In this document: piece by piece, positions 1-9,687 of the stretch
Layout of the letters: each line of letters opens with the position of its first letter
Position numbering within the stretch: position 1 is the first letter of the stretch
Assembly: GCF_004010195.1 (NCBI RefSeq)
Contig: NC_057749.1
Coordinates: forward strand, 16,555,634 to 16,575,633
Direction of reading: 5' to 3'
Source of the DNA: Chiloscyllium plagiosum
Taxonomy: Eukaryota
Length of the DNA: 20,000 nt
Position numbers and translations under genes: made by a program
Notes under the pieces: model-generated
The model's input: the letters and a program-made list of their open reading frames with translations, nothing else
The model's database searches: none
Told to the model about the DNA's origin: nothing

Positions 1-2970
1 TCCCAACCTACTGTTTATTTCACCAGAGGTAACTAAACTCCAAATGACCTGCCACTCTTTACATCAATTAAACTCTGTTGCCTTAAAATGTCATTTGTCT
101 ACTTCATCAAAATACACCATGATATGACATATCACCATCCTCAACTTCATCCAATATCCTCTCCTATTCAGTACTTCACCAAAAATGATTCAATGCAGGA
201 ACTGTTTAGTTGATTTGTTTTAAAATTTTAAGCGTGATATTCGTCCCCCATCCTCCATCACTTTTAGAATTCACCAAGGTCCAAAATTACCACATATACA
301 TTTTTTTTGACCTGGAGAAACATCTATGTCTAGGTAGTTTTTGCAATAAACCATCCACCTTAAAATGAAAATTTATTCAATGTGACTACACAAATTTATT
401 TCAAAAAATCTGACACTTAATTGATTTGTTGTTAACAGATTTTAGAATTAGTCACACTGACAGCTGAACGCAGTGTAATCGCTCATGTCCATGTAAACCA
501 TGTCAGCACCCTGACAATTTCAAGGTCTTAAAATAAAAGAGTAAAGTGTCATTGGCTGACACTTGGCAATAGGCCACAATTAGCACTGAAAGCATCTACA
601 GTTCAAAATGCAGAAGACAAAAGGTACGGTTTTAATCACAGAAGCCTGCTAATACAGAACACCTTGGCTGCATGGTTGTTATTCATCGATTTCTGCACTG
701 GTGGGACAGCTTGTATTATGGGAATGCTAACTGAACCTCAATGACTACAGCACAGAGTAACCTACACCATGATCAGTACCTTCTTCCAATCCCTCCCTCA
801 AACTTGCTATGCTCCAAACATTTTTGCATTTCATATTAGCTCACTCACCCACTGTGGCTAAAATGCTTCATCTTGCTACAACCCTCCCATTGGCATTTAG
901 CTATTCTGAACATCTACTTTTAATTACCCTTTGCACTATGGGCATTGGCTCATCAACTCAGCTAATTGCACAGCGCTTTTAGGCACAAAAGGGCCTCCTG
1001 TGCTGTATCATTCTGATTCAGTAAGTGGGTAGTACTTTGAAGAACACTGAATCTGTTAGCTATGAATACAAATGAAAGGTCAGACGTACTTCCCTGGAGA
1101 GGAAAATTAGAAGTAGGTGTTCCAAAGGAAGGACGGACAATACAGATCACAGAACTTTGAGAGAGGTCTACATAGATGAAGATGTGTTCCAGCTGACTGA
1201 CAAGTTTCAATTTGTGAATAATTCTGGTCCATTTAACAGACAGCATGAGGGACAGCTACATTAACTAATCTCTTACCTTTCCTATACATTATCCACAGCA
1301 ATTTGCTACGTTAAAAAAAATCAGCAGTGTGATTATTCAGACTCTCAAACAAACATTTAATTACACAAAGCCAGTACAGTATGAAAATTGGATATCGGCT
1401 CCACTGCATGAAGAGTAAATTCATTAGGGTGAACACCAGGACAACAAAATGCTGAACCTGGAATATAATAATGGACATCAGCATCAACACCTGATTCGTA
1501 AAGTCATGCTTGGTGCAGCACAAACAATACGGGCTGGAACACAACTCAGTTCCTGGATTGTGATGCATCAATCTGATATGAAAACTAGCCTCAGCGCACA
1601 TTAGGTAAAATTAGTTACGCAGTAACTCCCAAGTCGTAATACCTCCTACTCAGTCCGTTGAAATTTACTGTCAGATCACACAGTGTTCACATAGACAAAG
1701 TATAGGAGGGTGGAAGGTGGGTGAAAATTGTCTGAGAATTGGTGACAGTTGGAAACTTGAGGCTCATCATGCATTATTACAGTGTGATAATGGGTGTACA
1801 AATCTATATCAGAAACACTGAAGGCAAGAGTGTTTTTACAACTGTTAAAGTACAACCATTTTTATTTAAGGACATCCTGTACTAACAGATTTATTGAAGT
1901 GCCACTGTTTGTGTCATTACATTAGCGAAGGACCAACTGTTTTGTTAATACAGTGCACCTTTGCAACTGTGTTGCTAAGGTTCAAGGATAAATGGCCCAC
2001 ATAATGAAGCACTGAGTCACACTCATTTCAAATCTTATGTGATCTTGTCAGATGCCATGGACAGATATGTATACATAACACACCTAAGTCAACAAGTAAA
2101 AGCAGCCCAATACTCTACAGCAAGCTGGGGCCCATACACAATGCCCGCAAGGCTCAGAGTTATAAGAGAATCAGCACTTGGACAGTTTTATTAGGTGTAT
2201 TATCTCATTCTAAACTTCAGGGAAAGGCAAAACAAAAAGAAAATAAATGGGGAAAGAAGAAATATTTTCCTTTATCTGAGGAATACTGCAATGATACTGC
2301 GTATGCCATCATTCCTTTGCTTTCCTCAAGTTTTAATTAGAGTTCAGAATTGTTTTACACTCCTGGTGAAATGAGCTGTCTTACAGCATTTGCAACTTTG
2401 GTTTAAAAGGTAAGAAATTGCTACTGGCGATGCACTAATCAGATAACAATATTTACAAACTTCATCTGTTTACTCTCTCAATAAGAAAGACTTTGCACTA
2501 TAAACATACCAAATATTGCATTGCAAGAATGATACAGCACAGGAACTACTTCAGTCCACCAGGTCCTGCCAGCTCAGAGCCAAAAATTCCACTTGGCCTT
2601 TTCCCATTGCCAGAGAAAGTTTTCCACATCAACTATTAATCCAAACCTTTTGTACTACTGAACCTGTGCCAGAGTGCCTTTTAGGCAGAGCAATGTTAAT
2701 CACAACAGGTTGCTATACAAAATATTGTTGACATATTTAAGCAGTTGATTAATATTAAAAACATGTAAAAAAAACCACACTTTAATTATGTTATTCAACA
2801 CTGGCCTCCATGGAGACTTACTGCAAACTGCTGCTGAAAACATTCCTAATGCTGAGCCAGTCCTGCTCCCAAATACATCCTGGGATACTGTGACAGAGTC
2901 TTAGATCTCCATGTCCCATTTTTCCCCAAGGTCTCCTTGCTATCTCACCACACTGCAGCCATGCTGGTTT

Positions 2971-3225
2971 CTCAGGAGAGAAGGTACAGAAGCCTGAACA
3001 CATACACCAGACGGTTTCGTAACAGTTTCTACCCTAATGTTGTAAGAATACAGAATGGTCTCATAAACTCTTAACATTTGCCTGTACCTGTGTTTTTGTT
3101 TTTACCGCTGTTTACCTATTATTTACTATCTACGCTACTTAACTATGTGATCTACCTGTATTGCTCGCAAGACAAAGCTTTTCATTGTGCCTCGGTACAC
3201 GTGACAATAAATTCAACTCAATTCA
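2971..3225 (+). mobile_element. Rex1/Babar-type LINE 3' end remnant
   Basis: Translates as GEKVQK / RRYRSLNTYTRRFRNSFYPNVVRIQN-like text resembling the Rex1 ORF C-terminus (RRYRS..TR..NSF.P..IR.LN). This is followed by a 3'UTR ending gtgacaataaa plus degenerate (ATTCA)n tail. Confidence 0.65.
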
Positions 3226-3689
3226 TGTCCTTACATTCATCCCTATATCTCCAATCCCATCCAGCCTAGATCTCCCTCGCTCCTTTCTCTGTGACATTCC
3301 CCTTCCAAACTCCGTAACTCTCTCAGCATCTCCTTTTTTCACATCCTCCCTGCTGACGGTGGTCTGATTTCTTTACCACACCGCCCGAGAGGAGGCTGTG
3401 GGGGGGAGGATCTCACTCACACTCTGGCTCTCAGCTCCAGGAACAATCTTTCCCTCATCCTGAAGATACTTCTTCGTCTCTTCTCCCGGGGTCTTGTCAC
3501 CTTTCCCACTCCTGCTCCGCTGCTCCCTGCCCTCTTGGGGGCGGGGGGGGTCTTCATCCTCTCCTTCCCCTGAGGGTTTCCCTCCACTCCCTCCCGACTC
3601 CAACATCCCCATCACAGGTCGCCCTCTCCTACTCTTTCTCGGGGGGTGGGAAGTCTCCTCCCTCCCCCTGGGGGAGGGGGCGGGAGAAA

Positions 3690-4215
3690 GGTCGTTCTTA
3701 CCCTGGGGAAGCTGACTCCGCTCTGCCGCCGCTCCGGTTCGTGCTGTACGCGGTCCAGCATCAGGTAAAGCGAGAAAACGGCCACGCAGAAAATGGCGCC
3801 GCCGCACACCGTCACCTGCTTCTTCAGCTTCATCCTGCGGGTGTCCCGGCTTCCCGCACTCCCGCCGCCGCCGCCTCCACCCCGCGGGCCCGGTCTCAAC
3901 GGCCGCATACCAGCACCCAGCCTCGCAGCAGCATGGTTTCCCCCCCGCAAGCCCCAGAGGCTCCCCTACAGCTCGAGGCCAGGCCACCAGGCTGCTCCCT
4001 GTGTCACCGCGCCCGGGCTCAGGACAGACGCGGTCTCGAGGCCTGGAGACACGGACACCCCGTCACCTCAGCGACGCGACTTCTGTTGGGGCCGGCACCG
4101 AGACTGCGTACTAAGAACCCAGCCTCGCGCCCCTATCGGTTTGCAGGAGATGCTCTTTAACTGACAGGACTTGCATTTACCTAACGCCGCGCACCATCCC
4201 GGGCTATCTCGAAGG
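3690..4215. promoter_or_regulatory. CpG island / probable MAN2A2 promoter and 5'UTR
   Basis: Sharp rise in GC and CpG density over and upstream of the MAN2A2 start codon, against a CpG-depleted AT-rich background. Confidence 0.8.
3702..3833 (-). CDS. MAN2A2: Alpha-mannosidase IIx (Golgi GH38, type II membrane protein), first coding exon
   Basis: 132 nt, [44 protein letters not shown], then a GTAAG donor at 3701-3697. Nearly identical to the human MAN2A2 N-terminus as recalled ([31 protein letters not shown]), unlike MAN2A1 (MKLSRQFTVFG). Lies downstream of FES as in human. Exon 2 was not found in the window. Confidence 0.95.
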
Positions 4216-4582
4216 ATAAGACTGCTAATAGAAGTTTTTTTTTTCGATTATGTAATTATTATAGCAAACGAAATGGCCGATCTACGTACAGCGAATTTCA
4301 CAACAATCAAACGAAAAATGACCAGGTAATTCTTTTAATATAGTTTCCTGGGAAGATAATTACGGGCAGGCCACAAGGAAGAACTCAGCATTGATAACAG
4401 TACCATGGACAATCACAAGCAATTGGAGTCTCAGTTCCGTGTCTCAGCGAAAAGATGGCACTTCTGACAGTACAACACCCCCTTCGTAACCTCATCGGGA
4501 ATATTTTCTGTCCTTGTTTCTGACCTACGATCAGTCCGAACTGAGGAGCAGGAATCTTACCCACTGAACCTTGGTTAATGCC

Positions 4583-4811
4583 GGTCATGATTTGGAGATG
4601 CCGGTGTTGGACGGGGGTGTACAAAGTTTTTGTAAAAAATCACACAATACCAGGTTATAGTCCAACTGGTTTAATTGGAAGCACTAGCTTTCACAGCACT
4701 GCTCCTTCGTCACGTCGTTATCACACTCCTGATGTAGGAACAGCACTCCGAAAGCTAGTGCTTCCAATTAAAACTGTTGAACTATAACCTGGTGTTGTGT
4801 GATTTTTACCT
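4583..4811 (+). mobile_element. Penelope-derived fold-back element with degenerate hammerhead motifs
   Basis: Imperfect ~60-bp inverted arms 4632-4692 / 4750-4809. Hammerhead-like CTGATGTaggaacagcactccGAAAgctag at 4729-4758 and a decayed mirror copy on the minus strand. Flanked by ttggttaatgcc (4571-4582) / ttggctaatgcc (4812-4823). Confidence 0.7.
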
Positions 4812-4867
4812 TTGGCTAATGCCCATTATGTAGGATAGAGTTAATCAGTAGCTGTCCCTCAGTCTAG

Positions 4868-5230
4868 GTTTGAGCTATAGGGGGAGGCTGAGGAGTGACC
4901 TTAAGGAGTTTATAAAATCATGAGGGGCATGGATAGGGTGAATAGTCAAGGTGTTTTCTCCAGGGTAAGGGAGTCCAAAACTAGAGAGCATAGGTTTAAG
5001 GTGAGAGGGGAAAGATTTAAGAGAGACCTAAGGGCAACTTTTTCACACAGACAGGAAGTGCCAGAGACACCATTTAAAAGGCATCTGGATGGGTACATGA
5101 ATAGGAAGGGTTTAGAGGGATATTGAGCAAATGCTGGCAAATGGGATTAGATTAATTTTGAAAATCTGGTTGCCATGGACGAGTTGGATTGAAGGGTCTC
5201 TTTCCATGCTACACATCTCTATGATTCATG
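4868..5230 (+). mobile_element. CR1 LINE 3' fragment
   Basis: YKIMRGMDRVNSQGVFSRVRESKTREHRFKVRGERFKRDLR and FKRHLDGYM are typical CR1 ORF2 C-terminal motifs; ends in a ctctatgattc-type tail. Confidence 0.85.
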
Positions 5231-5650
5231 ACATTCTGCAATGGGTCTTTGTGGGATTGACCAGACGCATCCTCGACCTGAAGATCTTTGGGGCAGAAAT
5301 CCTATGAGGACCTTGATCCAAATAGGAGAGTGCAGGATTTGCTTCATTTCCCTTTCTTCTCTACTGCCATTCTGCTTCCTCATGAAGGTGTTTGGACTCA
5401 AAGTGTAACACAGTTTGAAGCTCTAGCTTTTCCTGAGTTAAATTGGGAAGAAGCTCCTCTTAGCCATTAAGGAAATGCTGGCACACTTTCAAAGATAACT
5501 GTGGTGCCTTCTTTAAACATTTCCTTTGTTCTTCCCTGGAAGGTTGACTACAGGGGAGTTGAAAAAACAGGACCTAGCAGGGGAGATACCTTTCAGCCAT
5601 TTGGATACATTGTCAAGTTAATTTTTCAGGAGTTTTGCTTGAGTACTCAG

Positions 5651-5838
5651 AGTTGAAACTTTATTGCTGGAACAGCACAGCAGGTCAGGCAGCATCCAGG
5701 GAACAGGAGATTCGACGTTTTGGGCACAGGCCCTTCTTCAGGAAGCATCCTGTTCCCTGGATGCTGCCTGACCTGCTGTGCTGTTCCAGCAATAAAGTTT
5801 CAACTTTGATCTCCAGCATCTGCAGACCTCACTTTCTC
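5651..5838 (-). mobile_element. Penelope-derived fold-back element, perfect 58-bp inverted repeat, 16-bp flanking direct repeat
   Basis: Arms 5651-5708 and 5748-5805 are exact reverse complements. The loop carries a minus-strand hammerhead-like core CTGAAGAagggcctgtgcccAAAACGTC (5741-5714). cttgagtactcagagt occurs at 5638-5653 and 5839-5854. Confidence 0.8.
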
Positions 5839-7284
5839 CTTGAGTACTCAGAGTGCTGACTTCAAGTAGGACACTAGCGTTTGTTCAATAGTGCTCAGAT
5901 TGAATCTGGAGGATCCAGCAAAAATGTGGCTGAGGGAATTTTTTTTCACTCTCTAATGTATTGTTAATGCACAGACCAGGTCTCACTGCAGTACAGGAGT
6001 GTGCTGACAACAATAGGCCTGTATGCTATGACTGTTGATTTGCAGACAAACACTCGGAAGTTGTTTGTAAATGACTGAGGATTGGGTTAACACACATGTA
6101 CTAGTTAATTTCCCATACCAATGCACACATGTCCAAGTGCTGTCTTTTAGTATAGCAGTTCCAGGATATCTGGATCAAGGCGAGTCTATCTAATTCAATC
6201 ACAATTTTAAAGTCATTTTTATCTTTCTATCATAAAGTCTTATGATCATGTTTAGGAGGGTAACTGCAGGTTTGTCTGATTGTGATGACTCTGCAATACC
6301 CTCTCACCGATGGAGGACAGTTACAATCTGACAGTTTACATAGATGTTTTCCATTATCAGTGTGAACATAAGAATTTAGAAGGAAAAATGAAAACGTGGA
6401 TATAGACATGAGATTTTTAAAAATATGTTGTAGATGCATGGAGCATTATTCAGTCATTCAACACCCCTCAGGTGAACTCAATGGTTTGCTTCTTGTTTTG
6501 TTCCTGCGAATCTAGGTTGTAAATAGCCTGAAATTGGTATCACAACCAATTTGACAAACAGAGAGAGAATCTCTTGGGAAATATCTTGTTGTGCTTCACT
6601 TTAGCATTACCTAGGATTTTTTTTTGATACTTACTTTACACTCTGGTAGTTTATCAAGTGTAAAATCTACATTGCTTCATTGCCACATTAACTTGTCATG
6701 TGCACTGCCTAAAGGACCTCACAAACAGTAAATTGGTTTTTGGATTATAGTGAAACAAAGCAACTATTTACATCCAGCCACTTATTACAAATAATGATGA
6801 GTTTATTAGAGGTGATTTTAGCCTTCATGAAAGGCCTGTTTGTTAGGTCATGGTAGATGTTCTAGAGCTTCTTGAACAAAGAGTTGAACCTGATGCAGAA
6901 ATGTAGCACCTCTCTGATAGATGGGCTGAATGGTCTCCCTGAAGTGTATCTGATCACTGAAGTGGAGACTCTCAATCCACTCCATTTTATCAGTATAACT
7001 GGTCTGAAGTAGAGGTTAATAACTCATATCTCAGTTCTCAAAAGCATTAGATATCAACTTAGAGAACAAAATAACTAATTAGTCCATTGCAATTTATTTC
7101 ACTCTACACTACAATAAACCATTTCCATGTAAAAGCTAAATAATTTATAGTCCAACTTAAGCTTTATTACACAGCAATACTTGGTAAATATTTCTGTGGT
7201 GCATTTTCACAGTGGAATGCAAATGGCAGTGGATTTGAAATTTCTATCACCATATCCCAAATTGCCACAAAGCTTGCCAGAGAC

Positions 7285-7390
7285 CACATGACTGCAGCAG
7301 TTCCAAGGTAGCTCACCACCACCTTCTAATGAGTAATAAAAGCTGGCCTAGCCAGCAACGTGCAAAGTCACATTCCATGAAAGAACAAAA
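7285..7390 (+). mobile_element. CR1-like LINE 3' tail remnant
   Basis: aaggtagctcaccaccaccttct...gctggcctagccagc...cacattccatgaaagaa; a related copy is at 10575-10800. Confidence 0.55.
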
Positions 7391-7454
7391 ATAATTAGGA
7401 GGCCACCAAGTTTCAGTCATGTTCCCATAAAATTTCAACACATGCAAACAGACC

Positions 7455-7773
7455 TAGATTAGATTAGATTAGATTACTTACAGTGTGGAAACAGGCCCTT
7501 CAGCCCAACAAGTCCACACCGACCCGCCGAAGCGCAACCCACCCATACCCCTACATTTACCCCTATTAACCTAACACTACGGGCAATTTAGCATGGCCAA
7601 TTCACCTAGCCCGCACATCTTTGTGGGAGGAAACCAGAGCACCCGGAGGAAACCCACGCAGACACGGGGAGAATGTGCAAACTCCACACAGTCAGTCGCC
7701 TGAGTCGGGAATTGAACCCGGGTCTCTGGCGCTGTGAGGCAGCAGTGCTAACCACTGTGCCACCGTGCCGCCC
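7455..7773 (-). mobile_element. HE1-type tRNA-derived V-SINE, full length
   Basis: Minus strand starts GGGCGGCACGGTGGCACAGTGGTTAGCACTG (A box) ... GGGTTCAATTCCC (B box). V-domain TGTGTGGAGTTTGCACATTCTCCCCGTGTCTGCGTGGGTTTCCTCCGGGTGCTC, and an (AATCT)n tail at 7455-7475. Confidence 0.9.
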
Positions 7774-7975
7774 ACCTGTGTTCTGATTTTGACATCAATA
7801 AGCTAAATGGAATTAAAAACAGATCTTTTATAATCTTCAGCACTTTAAAATCTAAATAGTTCAAGCAACCTAAGCACGAATGTAACAAAGCTGCCTGAAC
7901 TGGTTTGCTAGGATTGAAGGGTCTGGGGCCATATTTTGAACATCCCTGAAGGTTGCAGTTTGAACAAAGGAGATA

Positions 7976-8325
7976 CAGTAGCGACTCGACATACAAACGA
8001 CCCCGTTCACGAACAAATTGGTTTACGAACAGGATTGTACATAAAATTTTGCTTCAACATACATACAAAATTCAAGGTACGAGCGAAGGTATGAGCGCAA
8101 AAAGCCCGTGTGCGACGACGTGGTTTCATTGTTCTGCTTTCCTATGCGCTTGTTGAACGCAAAAGCTCTCAGGCCCCGCGTGATCTCATTCAGTTCATCT
8201 TTGATGCATGCGCAGTTCGTCTTTGGAGCGTGCGCTGTGAACGCTATCTGAACAATGGGAAAAATTGATTCAGTTCGCGAACTGGGTCCCAGAACGGATT
8301 AAATTAATAAATCGAGGCGCTACTG
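7976..8325. mobile_element. Tc1/mariner (Tigger-like) non-autonomous DNA transposon / MITE, 350 bp
   Basis: Terminal inverted repeats CAGTAGCGACTCGA ... TCGAGGCGCTACTG, flanked by TA (7974-7975 and 8326-8327); no transposase ORF. Confidence 0.85.
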
Positions 8326-8329
8326 TAAT

Positions 8330-9276
8330 TAATTCCAAAATAATTCAACATCAGTTAGCATGGACATTAGAATTGTTTGCAATCAGGTTTGGCAATGACA
8401 AACTTTTCCAGTTTAACAAGGAATTGAGCAATTTGAAAATTTTGAAAGAAATTTGGAATCCATTCTGTAATAGCCAATTAGAAGGAAGAGTGAACGATGG
8501 TGAGAATGAGGATATCGAGGGGATTGAAGAGTATTGCTGTAAAAATTATTCGAAATGGAGAAATGTGGAATTGCAAAAATGAATGGCTCTGCCTAGCCAG
8601 ACGGCAGGCATTCATTATTTTAAAAATGATCAAATCTCTAATAATTGGTTAAATAAGATGCATTATATGAAAACATCAAAAGTAATAAATACAATCCTCT
8701 TACAAACAAATTTGTACCCAACTAGATCATAGTTATCATACGGAACGCCCTTTAACACCAAGAATTGTAGGAGGTGCAACAATGCCATCGAGACAATCGC
8801 CCACATATCGGGCTGGTGCCTGTATGTGAAAAATATGCGCATTAAAAGACACAATAGGATTGCTGAGGAACTAATTAAATACGTTAAAACTAAAGGATGG
8901 ACCACATATATTGAACCTCGTATAAAGGACAATACAGGAAAACTCTGGATCACACATTATATTTAAGAAAGACAATCGTATTATTGTTGTGGATGTCACA
9001 ATTTGGATGGAAAACCAAGAAAATTCGCCAGAGCAGGCTTGGGAGGAGAAGGTGGAGAAATGTAAACATTTAGAGAAAGAAATCATGGATTCTATTAAAG
9101 GAACCAATATTTCTTTTTATGGATTCGTGATGGGGTCCCGAGGTAAATGGTTCAACAAGAACAGTGACCTGATGAAGGATTTCAGGATCGAAAAGTATAA
9201 GATATTTGCTCAACACATCACAAACCTGGTTATATCCCTGACCCTCGAGTTGTTAAGAATTTTTATGGATTCATAA
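8330..9276 (+). pseudogene. R2 ORF remnant: linker, CCHC zinc knuckle, PD-(D/E)xK restriction-like endonuclease
   Basis: KWRNVELQK*MALPSQTAGIHYFKNDQISNNWL...NLYPTRS*LSY...CRRCNNAIETIAHISGWC (8766-8819)...RIKRHNRI...KGWTTYIEPRIKDNTGKLWI / frameshift ~8950 / IIFKKDNRIIVVDVT...EKVEKCKHL...GFVMGSRGKW...LLRIFMDS*. In-frame stops at 8580-8582 and 8730-8732. Confidence 0.9.
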
Positions 9277-9687
9277 TGGACTCTTTTAGCTTCTCTATTT
9301 TGGACATTACTAAAACAATCGATTTAAAAATTAATTAAATAATGTTAATTTTAGGTAGAATTTTAACTTATTTTAGAATTTTAAATTTTATAATAATTTT
9401 GGTAATAAAGGTTTTTGTTTTTTAGCTCACAGTAAAGGTGGAGAGTAGTTAGGGTGAATAAAATTAAAACTGCACTTGCCAACACAACAGGTGATGAGCT
9501 AGAGAAGTAATTTGTTAGTTGAATAATCCTAGCTGAATCCTCGCTTGGTCTCTGCTTTACAGTGAATATTCCCGTTCCCTTAACATCATCTGGCCGTGGT
9601 TAGCGAGATAAGGGTGTCTTTTACGTCGACGAGTAATGAGAAAAAACTCGAAATGGACACAATCCGTTCAGATGGTGAGAGAGATAA
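8330..9687 (+). mobile_element. R2 non-LTR retrotransposon, 5'-truncated decayed copy (ORF C-terminus plus 3'UTR)
   Basis: Encodes R2 linker, zinc knuckle and RLE endonuclease motifs. ORF stop at 9274-9276, then ~410-nt 3'UTR joined directly to TAGCCAAATGC of 28S at 9688. The 5' boundary is uncertain (about 8330-8450). Confidence 0.92.

Noticed and set aside
1..3700. MAN2A2 exon 2 or other coding exons in intron 1
   Set aside because: No reading frame resembling the expected SQISVLQNRIEQLEQLL continuation; the short ORFs have no recognisable motifs.
3373..4164. Long overlapping ORFs (204, 139 and 123 aa)
   Set aside because: Stop-poor GC-rich CpG island; low-complexity translations overlapping the real MAN2A2 exon.
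7700..7773. tRNA gene
   Set aside because: A and B boxes belong to the tRNA-derived head of the SINE, which continues into the V-domain and tail.
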